From assembly GCA_045594305.1 (NCBI GenBank), contig JAZNYH010000049.1:1-58057 (forward strand): 58,057 nt of DNA, written 5' to 3'. Each line of letters opens with the position of its first letter. Within the stretch, counting starts at the first letter, position 1. The position numbers were made by a program, and so were the translations under genes. Below, in pieces: positions 10,843-20,772 of the stretch. The stretch is from Eubacteriales bacterium (GTDB taxonomy: Bacteria > Bacillota > Clostridia > Oscillospirales > CAG-272). The notes beneath the pieces were generated by a model. That model was given only the letters and a program-made list of their open reading frames with translations, was not told the DNA's origin and did no database searches.

Positions 10843-11003
10843 AAGAAAAAACCTCCTGAAAAATTTATTAAAAATTTAATATAATATTTATCGTGGGTGT
10901 GCAAGCGCACCCTATTAATAATATCACTTTTTTATTCTAAATTCAATAGGTATTGAATAAATTTTATATTTTTGGTTAAAATATATAAGTTTCTTGCACA
11001 TTT

Positions 11004-11207
11004 TTATTCGCAAATCTCAAATTCGTCAAGATTTATGCTTGATGTATCCTTTATGTTTCCCTTTGTTCTCTCAAAATAGGATATTTTTTGTCTTGACAAA
11101 AAGACCAAAAGCTTCTCAACGCTCATTCCCTCGCTCCTTGCTACATATGCAAGCTTCTTGGCATCTGCCTCGTTAAATCTAACCTTTATTGTTGCACTCT
11201 TTTTCAT
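11004..11207 (-). CDS. Small ribbon-helix-helix/Arc-like DNA-binding protein
   Basis: N-terminal beta strand (TIKVRF) then two helices (AKKLAYVARSEGMS..); AGGAG RBS. Confidence 0.55.
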   Translation of the reverse strand: MKKSATIKVRFNEADAKKLAYVARSEGMSVEKLLVFLSRQKISYFERTKGNIKDTSSINLDEFEICE

Positions 11208-11326
11208 GATTTTCTCCTTGTTTTTTGTTCTTTTAATTATATTAACACATTTTACCTCGTTTGTCTTGCTATTTCGACTTTTTTGTGGTAAAATTTTTAC
11301 AACGAGATTTTTATAGGTGGTATATT

Positions 11327-12880
11327 ATGTTAAGCTGTGTATATAGTGCAGGCATATCTGGAATTGACGGCTTTTTAGTGACAGTTGAGTGCAACTGCAC
11401 AAAAAGGCTTTCGTGCTTTGAGATTGTTGGCTTGCCAGACAATGCTATAAAGGAAGCAAAGGAAAGGGTTCGCTCCGCATCGCTAAACTCGGGCTTTGGC
11501 TTTCCCGACCTTGAAATAATTGTAAACCTTGCCCCTGCTGACATAAAGAAGGAGGGCTCTGCCTTTGACCTTGCTATTCTTATCAGCCTTCTTCAAGCCT
11601 CTGGAAAGCTCAAAAACGAATACGGAGAGGTAGACCTTAGCGATTGCTGTTTTATCGGCGAGCTATCCCTCTCGGGTGATATTCGCCCCGTTCGTGGTGC
11701 TTTATCTATGGCTATTTCTGCTCAGCGTGCTGGCAAGAAAAGGATTTTTGTTCCTTTGGAAAATGCCAAGGAGGCATCTGTTGTTGACGGCATAGAGGTT
11801 TATGCGATAAAGAGCGTAAAGCAGCTGACAAACTTCCTTTTGAACATTCATTCTCTCGAAAGATACATCTATGTACCAAGTGAAGAGGAAATCGCTCCCA
11901 CTTGCCCTGATTTTGCAGATGTAAGAGGACAAGCGAGGGTTAAGCGTGCTGTTGAAATTGCGGCAGCAGGTGGGCATAACATTCTTCTTATAGGTCCTCC
12001 TGGCACTGGTAAATCAATGATTGCAAAGCGTATTCCGTCCATTCTTCCCGAGATGACCTTTGAGGAAAGCATCGAAACGACAAAGGTACACTCTATTTCG
12101 GGCATTTTGCCAAGTGATGTGTCGCTTATTCGCACCCGTCCCTTCCGTTCTCCTCACCACACTATGTCTGCTCCTGCCTTGGTTGGAGGTGGCAGAATCC
12201 CGGCTCCTGGTGAGGTTTCGCTCGCTAACAATGGCGTTTTATTCCTTGATGAATTTCCCGAGTTTAGCAAGAGTGTAACCGAGGCGTTAAGACAGCCACT
12301 TGAGGATGGTGCTGTAACTATAACTCGTGCGTCAGGCAGAATAAAATATCCCTGCTCCTTTATGCTTGTTTGTGCTATGAATCCGTGTAGGTGTGGCTAT
12401 TATGGTCACCCAACTCACGAATGCACCTGCAAGGAGGGAGATCGTAAAAAGTACATAAGCAAGATAAGTGGCCCCTTGCTTGACAGAATAGATATTCAAA
12501 TTGAGGTGCCCTCTCTTCCCTATAATGAGCTATCAAGCTCCGAGCGTAAGGAGGAGCCATCAAGCGAGATAAGAAAGCGTGTTAACTCTGCGAGAAAAAT
12601 CGCTCAGGAGCGTTTTAAGGGTGAGAAAACGGATAATGGCATGCCCATTACCTGTAATGCTCAAATGGAGGCTCGCCATATTCGCATCTTTTGTCAGCTT
12701 GATGATGCATCTAAGCGTCTTATGGAGCGTGCGTATGATACGCTTGGTCTGTCTGCTCGTGGACATGATAGAATTTTGCGACTTGCTCGTACAATTGCCG
12801 ACCTTGCCGGCTCAGAGGCTATTTTGCCTATCCACCTTGCAGAGGCAGTTCAGCTCCGCTCTCTCGACAAAAATCTTTAA
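11327..12880 (+). CDS. comM: YifB/ComM family Mg-chelatase-like AAA+ ATPase
   Basis: IVGLPD, NLAPAD, GPPGTGKS, RPFRSPHH and GPLLDRID motifs; ATG at 11327 follows AGGTGG. Confidence 0.93.
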   Translation: MLSCVYSAGISGIDGFLVTVECNCTKRLSCFEIVGLPDNAIKEAKERVRSASLNSGFGFPDLEIIVNLAPADIKKEGSAFDLAILISLLQASGKLKNEYGEVDLSDCCFIGELSLSGDIRPVRGALSMAISAQRAGKKRIFVPLENAKEASVVDGIEVYAIKSVKQLTNFLLNIHSLERYIYVPSEEEIAPTCPDFADVRGQARVKRAVEIAAAGGHNILLIGPPGTGKSMIAKRIPSILPEMTFEESIETTKVHSISGILPSDVSLIRTRPFRSPHHTMSAPALVGGGRIPAPGEVSLANNGVLFLDEFPEFSKSVTEALRQPLEDGAVTITRASGRIKYPCSFMLVCAMNPCRCGYYGHPTHECTCKEGDRKKYISKISGPLLDRIDIQIEVPSLPYNELSSSERKEEPSSEIRKRVNSARKIAQERFKGEKTDNGMPITCNAQMEARHIRIFCQLDDASKRLMERAYDTLGLSARGHDRILRLARTIADLAGSEAILPIHLAEAVQLRSLDKNL

Positions 12881-12994
12881 TTCAAGAGGGGATTTCTCAA
12901 TGAAATTCCCTTTTTATTTTCCTTTTAAAAATTTTGCAAAAAGGTATTGCAATTTCAAAAAACATATGATATACTATAATCCGCACAAACAAAT

Positions 12995-13070
12995 AGGGGT
13001 GTAGTTCAGTTGGTAGAACGGCAGTCTCCAAAACTGCATGTCCAGAGTTCGAGTCTTTGCGCCCCTGCCA
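12995..13070 (+). tRNA. tRNA-Trp (CCA)
   Basis: 76 nt; acceptor stem AGGGGTG/CGCCCCT, anticodon arm GCAGT-ctCCAaa-ACTGC, GTTCGAG T-loop, encoded CCA end; TTGCAA-N17-TATACT promoter upstream. Confidence 0.97.
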
Positions 13071-13192
13071 AAAAATTCGACAAGTTTCGACAGAAGCTTG
13101 TCGATTTTTACTTCTTCACTCTTCACTCTTCACTTTTCACTAAAATTCCTTGTCGATTTTTGGCAAGTAATAAGTAATAGTGAATAGTGAAA
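13071..13192. repeat. Composite palindromic and tandem heptamer repeat directly after the tRNA
   Basis: TCGACAAG..CTTGTCGA hairpin, then four (C/T)TTCACT units, then mirrored AGTAAT/AGTGAA units. Confidence 0.7.
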
Positions 13193-13289
13193 AGGTGCTG
13201 ATGTAGCTTTTCTCCTTTTAGTCGAAAAGTATTTAGCAAAAATATTACTTATCAAAAAAGCCAAGTCGCTTTGACTTGGCTTTTTGTTT

Positions 13290-14054
13290 TTATGGTGCTT
13301 TAAATTCGATAAGGCGTTTGAGCCAAGCACAGCTTGCCTCGTAGTGGGCGTCATCTGTGCCTACGGTTTTAACGACACAGGCTATTGTGTCCTTTGGTAG
13401 CTCACTAAGCTCGGGGAAGTATTTTACAATGTCGGTCCTTGAAAGGTCGAGTGCGTATTCGTTACCCTCGTAAAGCAATGCTTGGTCGGGGGCATAGCCT
13501 ATTGCGTCCTCGATTTTCACAAGTGCATCTGGTGCAAAGGTTTCATAAAGTGCTGGGTCTATAAAGAACACGACAACTGCTCCGCCCATTGCTTGTGTTT
13601 GAAATTGCTCAAGGGCTGAGTTGTTATCCTTTGCCATTAGAACCTTACTTGGGTCCTCCTTGGCAAGTATTTCCATTTGCTCGGGCGTTTGATAAACAAG
13701 TGTTGAGAAAAGTAGCCTTGCCTCTCCATCTCCGTCATAGTCCTCGCACACGCCTTGTAGCCTTTCGCCTATAACTCCTGCATTTGATGCCATATACTTT
13801 GGACCAACATACATAATTTTAACATCGTATTTTTCCCTGCCACAAAGGGTGAGGGAAAGAAGCAAGACAATAACAAGTGCTATTGCAAGCATTATAATCG
13901 CCCATTTATGTCTATACCAAATATTACCCCAAAAGCTACCCTTAACCTCTTTGTCGCTTTCGAGATGAATATCCTCACTCGTGCTATCGCCAAGCATTTT
14001 AAGACGCTTAGCCGAGTTTGATTCATTTATGCTTTCGCTATTTTTATTTTCCAT
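13290..14054 (-). CDS. Hypothetical single-TM membrane-anchored protein
   Basis: One hydrophobic helix (WAIIMLAIALVIVLLLSL) then a soluble domain; GGGAG RBS. Confidence 0.7.
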   Translation of the reverse strand: MENKNSESINESNSAKRLKMLGDSTSEDIHLESDKEVKGSFWGNIWYRHKWAIIMLAIALVIVLLLSLTLCGREKYDVKIMYVGPKYMASNAGVIGERLQGVCEDYDGDGEARLLFSTLVYQTPEQMEILAKEDPSKVLMAKDNNSALEQFQTQAMGGAVVVFFIDPALYETFAPDALVKIEDAIGYAPDQALLYEGNEYALDLSRTDIVKYFPELSELPKDTIACVVKTVGTDDAHYEASCAWLKRLIEFKAP

Positions 14055-14198
14055 TTTAGCTCCCTGCTAACATATTTTTTTATATTCTATCATATTTGCG
14101 TGGCTATGTCAAGTTCTCACTTATTTTCTAAAAGCCTATTGACACGCCCATTTTAAAGGGGGTATAATTAATTATACTTTGCTTTTTAGAGGTGGAAA

Positions 14199-15149
14199 AT
14201 GGCAAATATAGCACTTTTGAACAGATGCAATCTTAAATGTCCCTATTGCTTTGCCGAGAATTATCGTGGTGAGGAGGCTAAGGATATATCCTTAGAGGCT
14301 TTTTCGGAGCTTCTTAGCTTTTGTGCCGAGGAGGACACGCTTGGTCTTATCGGTGGAGAGCCATTCTTACATAAGAGTATAAATGAAATTCTTTCGCTAC
14401 TTATAGAGGATAGGCGTTTTAGAGAGGTCACAGTATTTACAAACGGAATTTATATTGACAAATCCCTTGACCTGCTTAGCCACTACAAATTCAAGCTTTT
14501 GGTAAATGTAAATTCAAGCGGGGATATTGGCTCTGTTAATTTCGAAAAAATGAGGTCAAATCTAAAAGAGGCCTTTTCTGCTATGAGAGGCAGAGTTGAC
14601 CTCGGGCTAAATATATACAAGGAAAGCCAAGATTTTAGCGAGTTTTTAACTCTTGCAGATGAGCTTGGCGTTAGGCGTGTGAGAATAAGCGTCGTTATTC
14701 CTCAAAAAAGAGTTGAGAGTGGGATTGAATATTTTAAGCGTATGAAGCCGACTCTGCTTTCGCTTTATCGTGAGCTATCAAGCCGTCACATATCGCCCTG
14801 CTATGATTGTAACGCCATTCCCGAGTGCGTTTTCACAGAGGATGAGCTATCGTTTTTATCGACACTCCCCTTTAACAATGGCTTTGAAAGAAGTATTTTT
14901 CTTGGTCAACGCTCTGTTTGCTCCCCCGTTATTGACCTTTATCCCGATCTTACTGCAACAAGATGCTTTGGGGTGGACGGGGTGCGTGTGCCGATTTCGG
15001 AGTTTAGGTGTCTTAGCGACCTTAGAAATTTCTTTTTCAAGGTGATAGATTGCTCTCTTGTAAACAAGCCTGCCTCCCCCGAGTGTGAGCAGTGCTATAA
15101 GTACAAGACCTTTTCCTGCTTTGGCGGTTGCCTTTGCTATAAAAAATAA
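14199..15149 (+). CDS. Radical SAM protein with a C-terminal SPASM-like Cys cluster
   Basis: CNLKCPYC, GGEP, and C-terminal CEQC..CFGGCLC. Confidence 0.88.
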   Translation: MANIALLNRCNLKCPYCFAENYRGEEAKDISLEAFSELLSFCAEEDTLGLIGGEPFLHKSINEILSLLIEDRRFREVTVFTNGIYIDKSLDLLSHYKFKLLVNVNSSGDIGSVNFEKMRSNLKEAFSAMRGRVDLGLNIYKESQDFSEFLTLADELGVRRVRISVVIPQKRVESGIEYFKRMKPTLLSLYRELSSRHISPCYDCNAIPECVFTEDELSFLSTLPFNNGFERSIFLGQRSVCSPVIDLYPDLTATRCFGVDGVRVPISEFRCLSDLRNFFFKVIDCSLVNKPASPECEQCYKYKTFSCFGGCLCYKK

Positions 15150-15184
15150 TAAAAGCCCGTTGCATTTTCGCAACGGGCTATTTT

Positions 15185-15847
15185 TTAATCTTTTATAAGT
15201 GTGTATCTGCCACTTTTCAAAATCTCTACGAGCTGAGGCATTGAGGTTATTTTTTCATCGGTCATAATTCCTGCATTGGTTGGAACATCGTGGTAGTGGA
15301 AGTCCGTACCAGAGGTCTTTATAAGTCCGTACTTATCTGCCCACTCATCTGCGATTTCGTTTCTTGAATCGTGTCCCTTGTGTCCGTTAAATGCCTCTAC
15401 TCCATCAAGAAGATATGGTGATGTGATTGTCATATTATCACGGAAGGGGTGTGCCTGAATGAACAAAAGTCCGTTTTCCTTGGCAAAGCGACTAAATTTC
15501 TCAGCGTTCATCTCAAAGAGGTTCTCATTAGCTCTTAAAAGCTCCTCGGTGATGCCAAAAACGAGATAGTCGTTTATGTTACAATTAAAGCGTATTTCCA
15601 TTCCAAGAAGCACCTCTAATTTATCGCCCGCGCGCTCTTTAAGCTTGGTGTAGCCGTACATATATTTGTCTACCCAATCCTGCCAGCTCTCAGCCTTGAC
15701 AAAATCATATGTGCCACTATTAAAGTGGTTTGTTAGAACAAGGGTTGAATAACCACCTCTTGTATATTTATCAACTATTGTATCCACATCAACTCTTGCA
15801 CATTGACTAACATCGCACGAGTGACAGTGAAGCTCTGCTTTAAACAT
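15185..15847 (-). CDS. PHP-domain phosphoesterase
   Basis: ELHCHS, LTNH, QAHPFR and SGTDFH motifs; start at the ATG of MFKAELH. Confidence 0.88.
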   Translation of the reverse strand: MFKAELHCHSCDVSQCARVDVDTIVDKYTRGGYSTLVLTNHFNSGTYDFVKAESWQDWVDKYMYGYTKLKERAGDKLEVLLGMEIRFNCNINDYLVFGITEELLRANENLFEMNAEKFSRFAKENGLLFIQAHPFRDNMTITSPYLLDGVEAFNGHKGHDSRNEIADEWADKYGLIKTSGTDFHYHDVPTNAGIMTDEKITSMPQLVEILKSGRYTLIKD

Positions 15848-15905
15848 TTCATATACCTCTTTTTTCTTTATCCACAACATATTATACACCCAAAAATTAT
15901 ACAGG

Positions 15906-16247
15906 TCAAGCGTTTTTTCCAAACAATTTTATAATTGCACAGCACGCACGCATAGTGTCCGTAGCAGTCACATATGGGCGAAGAATTGCCTCGTTAGTGC
16001 TTGGGCAATATTCAAGCAAAATCGCACACTCGTAAAATAGCCTCAAAAAATTCTTTTTTGCATTTTTTATGTACACTCCGTCGCTTTTCACCTCATAATC
16101 AAGGATTGTTTTTGAGAGTGCGTTTTTTAAAATATCGAGGCTTAGCTCTAAGTATTCTCCACCATATTTTTCATCTATTTTATTTAGATATAGTATGTGC
16201 CTTTTTGGATATTTTCTTCTAAATTTTGCAATAAGCTCATTTTCCAT
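15906..16247 (-). CDS. Hypothetical protein
   Basis: Open frame with GAGGTG RBS before the ATG at 16247; no recognised motif. Confidence 0.55.
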   Translation of the reverse strand: MENELIAKFRRKYPKRHILYLNKIDEKYGGEYLELSLDILKNALSKTILDYEVKSDGVYIKNAKKNFLRLFYECAILLEYCPSTNEAILRPYVTATDTMRACCAIIKLFGKNA

Positions 16248-16298
16248 AAAATCACCTCTATATATAATATGCAAGGGGCGGACAAAAGTCCGTCCCCT

Positions 16299-17597
16299 TT
16301 AAAGTGCTTTTATGATTAGTGGCTTTTTTGTAGGCTTATTGCTTGATAGCTCTATTGCATTATCAAGAGCGACTGTTGCTCCCTTTATAAGCGTATCATT
16401 TGAGGTGTAGAGGGTTGCGATTGTGTCGCCCTCTCTTACATAATCTCCCACCTTAGCGTGGAGCATAATGCCCGAGAGGTGGTCGATTGTATCACCTTTT
16501 TTTGCTCTGCCTGCACCAAGAAGCATTGACGCCTCGCCAACGCTCTGCGCTCTCATTTTAGTTATATAGCCCGAGGTTGTCGCCTTATATTCAGCCCTGT
16601 GCCTTGCACAAAGAAGCGTATCTGGATTGTCGATTACAGACACATCACCGCCCTGAGCCCCTATCCATTCCTTCATTTTGGAGAGTGCCTTGCCCGAGGC
16701 TATGGCATCTCTTACCCTATCTTGTGCTATGTCAAGGTCAACTGAAAGAGCCATAGAAAGCATATTTGAGGCAAGGGCAATACAAAGCTCACAAAGCTCG
16801 CTATCTCCTTTGCCACTTAGCACCTCTATCGCCTCGTAAACCTCGAGTGAGTTTCCAATTGCAACACCGAGAGGTGTGTCCATATTTGTAACCAATGCAC
16901 GCACATTTCTGCCAAAGGCTGTGCCTATTTTTATCATTTGCGAGGCAAGGGAAATAGCTCCCTGCTCATCCTTCATAAATGCTCCGTCGCCACACTTGAC
17001 ATCGAGAACTATCGAGCTTGCTCCCGAGGCAAGCTTTTTTGACATTATGCTCGATGCGATAAGAGGGATTGAGTCAACCGTCGCTGTAACATCTCTTAGG
17101 GCATATAGCTTTTTATCAGCGGGAACAAGATTTCCGCTTTGTCCTATTACGGCAACTCCTACCCTTTCAACCTGCTCAAAGAATGCCTCACCCGTAAGCT
17201 CGGTGGAAAAGCCACTTACGCTTTCAAGCTTATCTATTGTGCCACCCGTAAAGCCGAGTCCTCTGCCCGACATCTTTGCAACCCTTGCACCAAGGCAAGC
17301 AACAATTGGAGCGATAATAAGAGTTGTCTTATCGCCTACTCCACCCGTGCTATGCTTATCGACACATAGTCCGTTAAATTTATCAAGGCAGACAATATCT
17401 CCCGAGCGCATCATAGCATCGGTAAGATAGAAGGTTTCCTCATCGCTCATACCATTTAGGCATATTGCCATTGCAAGGGCAGACATTTGGTAGTCTGCAA
17501 CCTCGCCATTAACAAAGCCCTCAATAGCGAAGTCTATCTCCTGCCTTGAAAGGGGCATATTCATTCTCTTTTTATAGATTATATCGTATATTCTCAT
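16299..17597 (-). CDS. pdp: Pyrimidine-nucleoside phosphorylase
   Basis: DKHSTGGVGDK, KMSGRGLG and SIMSKKLA motifs. Confidence 0.96.
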   Translation of the reverse strand: MRIYDIIYKKRMNMPLSRQEIDFAIEGFVNGEVADYQMSALAMAICLNGMSDEETFYLTDAMMRSGDIVCLDKFNGLCVDKHSTGGVGDKTTLIIAPIVACLGARVAKMSGRGLGFTGGTIDKLESVSGFSTELTGEAFFEQVERVGVAVIGQSGNLVPADKKLYALRDVTATVDSIPLIASSIMSKKLASGASSIVLDVKCGDGAFMKDEQGAISLASQMIKIGTAFGRNVRALVTNMDTPLGVAIGNSLEVYEAIEVLSGKGDSELCELCIALASNMLSMALSVDLDIAQDRVRDAIASGKALSKMKEWIGAQGGDVSVIDNPDTLLCARHRAEYKATTSGYITKMRAQSVGEASMLLGAGRAKKGDTIDHLSGIMLHAKVGDYVREGDTIATLYTSNDTLIKGATVALDNAIELSSNKPTKKPLIIKAL

Positions 17598-17989
17598 AGC
17601 TTAAACCCGTTTGGAAATAGCTTACTAAGTGTGTGTATTTTTGGCTTTTTGCCATCGAAAAGAACTATTTCAAGCGTGCCCTGACAAAGCTCAGAAAGCA
17701 CCTGTCTGCAAATTCCACAGGGGAAAACATACTCGCTTATGCTCATATTTTTTCCACCCACTATTGCAATGGCAACAAAATCACGCTTGCCGTCTGCTAT
17801 TGCCGAGGCGAGTGCTGAACGCTCTGCACAAATTGTAGCTCCATATGATGAGCTTTCGACATTGCACCCTGTGTAGATGCTTCCATCTGCGCAAAGGATT
17901 GCCGAGCCAACATTAAAGCCCGAATATGGGGCGTACGAGCTTTTCATTACCTCGCTCGCCCTTTCTATCAAGAGGGTGTAATCCTTCAT
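17594..17989 (-). CDS. cdd: Cytidine deaminase
   Basis: YAPYSGF, CAER and PCGICRQ zinc motifs. Confidence 0.96.
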   Translation of the reverse strand: MKDYTLLIERASEVMKSSYAPYSGFNVGSAILCADGSIYTGCNVESSSYGATICAERSALASAIADGKRDFVAIAIVGGKNMSISEYVFPCGICRQVLSELCQGTLEIVLFDGKKPKIHTLSKLFPNGFKL

Positions 17990-17993
17990 TTTA

Positions 17994-19160
17994 TCACCTC
18001 AAAATATCGTTTTTAAAGCTCTTTCCTGCTCCGTCATACTCCACTCCCAAAAGCTCGCATATTGTTTTACCAATATCGGCATAGGCTTGGCGAGTGCCAA
18101 GGTCCTTTGGCAAAATCTCTTTGCCGTATACAAGGATTGGAATATATTCTCTTGTGTGGTCCGTGCTGATATCACCAGGATCGCATCCGTGATCAGCAGT
18201 TATTATAAGCACATCCTCATCGTTTAGCGAGGACATAATTTGTGGCAAAGCGTTATCGAACTCTGCGATTGCCTTGGCATAGCCGTCTATATCGTTTCTG
18301 TGTCCGTATAGCATATCAAAATCGACAAGGTTTGTAAAGCAAAGTCCTTCAAAATCGCACTCGTTAATGATTTCAAGCGTTTTTGAAATGCCATCGGTGT
18401 TTGATTTTGTGTGATAGCTCTCATCAATGCCTCTGCCCGCAAAAATGTCGTAGATTTTTCCTATTGAGATTACTCTCTTACCTGCCTCGCTTATTGCATC
18501 GAGGATTGTTTTTTGAGGTGGTTCAAGTGAAAAATCGTGACGGTTTGATGTTCTTTTAAAGTTAGGGTACTCGCCAACAAAGGGGCGTGCGATTACTCTG
18601 CCAACGCCATTTTTACCTGTTAGCATTTTTCTTGCTATCACGCAGTAGCGATAAAGCTCGGATATGCTCACAAGCTCCTCGTGAGAGGCGATTTGAAACA
18701 CGCTATCTGCCGAGGTGTATACAATAAGCTTGCCCGTTTCAAGATGCTCTTTTCCGTAATCGTGTATAACCTGTGTTCCTGAATATGGCTTGTTGCAAAG
18801 CACTCCTCTGCCTGTTAGACGCTCAAACTCATCAATTATCTCAGCATCAAAGCCGTTTGGGTAGGTGGGAAGTGGCTCGCTTGATATAACGCCTGCTATT
18901 TCCCAATGGCCTACGGTTGTGTCCTTGCCACGAGAAAGCTCGGCACTTCTGCCATATGCTCCAAGAGGACTATTACAGCCCAAAATTCGAGTGCCCTCTA
19001 TGCATCCAAGCCCAAGCCTTACCATATTGTCAGCCTTGAAGTATGGTGATTTAGCGATACTTCCAAGGGTGTTTGCACCCTCATCACCAAAATCGCACGC
19101 ATCGGGCAATGCCCCTATTCCAAAGCTATCAAGAACAATTAAAAATACTCTTTTTATCAT
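17994..19160 (-). CDS. deoB: Phosphopentomutase
   Basis: LDSFGIG, GKDTTVGHWE, GRVIARPF and ADHGCDP motifs. Confidence 0.96.
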   Translation of the reverse strand: MIKRVFLIVLDSFGIGALPDACDFGDEGANTLGSIAKSPYFKADNMVRLGLGCIEGTRILGCNSPLGAYGRSAELSRGKDTTVGHWEIAGVISSEPLPTYPNGFDAEIIDEFERLTGRGVLCNKPYSGTQVIHDYGKEHLETGKLIVYTSADSVFQIASHEELVSISELYRYCVIARKMLTGKNGVGRVIARPFVGEYPNFKRTSNRHDFSLEPPQKTILDAISEAGKRVISIGKIYDIFAGRGIDESYHTKSNTDGISKTLEIINECDFEGLCFTNLVDFDMLYGHRNDIDGYAKAIAEFDNALPQIMSSLNDEDVLIITADHGCDPGDISTDHTREYIPILVYGKEILPKDLGTRQAYADIGKTICELLGVEYDGAGKSFKNDILR

Positions 19161-19894
19161 AATCTTATTGCAGTTTCAAGTGCGAGCGTCATCATTTGTG
19201 TAAAGCTATTTTGACGCTCATCAGCGTTTGTTGCCTCGCCTGTTATAATGTGGTCAGAGATTGTGCATATTGCAAGTGCGTTCTTTCCAAGGCGTGCTGC
19301 GTTCATATATAGAGCTGCTGCCTCCATTTCAACTGCCATAACGCCCATCTTCTTCCATTTTGCACTCGATGTGTCATCAGCACTCACGCCCTCAAAATCG
19401 CCATAAAAGACATCAGAGGACACAAGGTTTCCTACATGGTAGGTAAGTCCAAGCCTTTCTGCCTCCTCTGCGCAGGTCTTTAAGAGCTTATAGCTTGCAA
19501 TTGGTGCAAAGGTGCCACTAAGACGGAAGGTGTGTGCGTAATTTGAGTCGGTGCACGCTCCTTGTCCTAAGACAATATCCCTTACCTTAATATTCTCCTG
19601 TAATGCTCCTGCCGAGCCTACACGGATAATATTTTCAACTCCAAATACAGTAAATAGCTCGTGCGAGTAAATGCCTATTGATGGCATTCCCATACCACTT
19701 GCCATTACTGACACCAAAACGCCCTTATACTCTCCTGTATAGCCCTGCACGCCTCTTACATTGTTGACAAGACGAGGGTTTTCAAGAAAGTTTTCTGCTA
19801 TAAACTTAGCACGCAAGGGATCTCCTGGCATAAGCACGGTTTTAGCAAAGTCCTCAGGGGTTGCCTTTATATGAGGGGTTGGATATGCTGGCAT
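19157..19894 (-). CDS. deoD: Purine-nucleoside phosphorylase
   Basis: PTPHI, PGDPLRA, GMGMPS and EMEAAALY motifs. Confidence 0.96.
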   Translation of the reverse strand: MPAYPTPHIKATPEDFAKTVLMPGDPLRAKFIAENFLENPRLVNNVRGVQGYTGEYKGVLVSVMASGMGMPSIGIYSHELFTVFGVENIIRVGSAGALQENIKVRDIVLGQGACTDSNYAHTFRLSGTFAPIASYKLLKTCAEEAERLGLTYHVGNLVSSDVFYGDFEGVSADDTSSAKWKKMGVMAVEMEAAALYMNAARLGKNALAICTISDHIITGEATNADERQNSFTQMMTLALETAIRL

Positions 19895-20559
19895 TAATAG
19901 CCACCTCCCTTTTCATCCTTCAAAATTTTAATTAGCCTTGATGTTCCAAGGCGTGACGCACCAAGGGCAATAAAATCTCTTGCGTCATCAAAGCTTGATA
20001 TTCCACCTGCTGCCTTTATCTTAACATTGTCGCCTACATACTTATTAAAGAGGGCAATATCCTCTCTTGTAGCTCCACCCGTTGAAAAGCCTGTCGAGGT
20101 CTTGATAAAATCTGCCTTTGCCTCGGTAACGATTTCGCACATACGCTTTTTTTCGTAATCGGTGAGCAGGCAGGTTTCAATTATAACCTTCAAAACATTG
20201 TTACGGCAAGTATATCTTTGAGCCTTTAATTCGTCAAGGATTTTATCAAATCTGCCGTCTTTAAGGTCGCCTATATTTATAACTGTGTCGATTTCATCGG
20301 CTCCGTTTTCAATTGCATCCTTTATTTCAAGGCACTTAACCTTCTCGGTTGAATAGCCATTTGGAAAGCCTACAACTGTGCATATTCTCATTCTGCTATC
20401 GCAGTATTCCCTTGCACTTTCTACAAATGATGGTGGAATACAAACAGAGGCTGTATTATAATAAATTGCCTCATCACAGGTTGTCTTGATGCTGTCCCAG
20501 CGGGCATCCTGCTTTAAATTAGTATGGTCTACCATTGAAAGTATTTCTTTAATGTCCAT
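19894..20559 (-). CDS. deoC: Deoxyribose-phosphate aldolase
   Basis: DHTNL, KVIIET, FIKTSTGF and KAAGGI motifs. Confidence 0.96.
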   Translation of the reverse strand: MDIKEILSMVDHTNLKQDARWDSIKTTCDEAIYYNTASVCIPPSFVESAREYCDSRMRICTVVGFPNGYSTEKVKCLEIKDAIENGADEIDTVINIGDLKDGRFDKILDELKAQRYTCRNNVLKVIIETCLLTDYEKKRMCEIVTEAKADFIKTSTGFSTGGATREDIALFNKYVGDNVKIKAAGGISSFDDARDFIALGASRLGTSRLIKILKDEKGGGY

Positions 20560-20772
20560 TGTTATATTCTCCCTTAGTGATTATTTTCTATTTATATTTT
20601 ATCATATATATATTAAAAAATCAACTTTTCACTCGCATTTTTACGCTGGTGAATATATTTCGACAAAAAGTTTCAAAAAAGTATTTATTTTTCCACAAAT
20701 GTATGGTAAAATGAAATTAATCATTGTTGACAAATCAACAAGTTGACGAAATCAACGAAAGAGGAATCCTTT

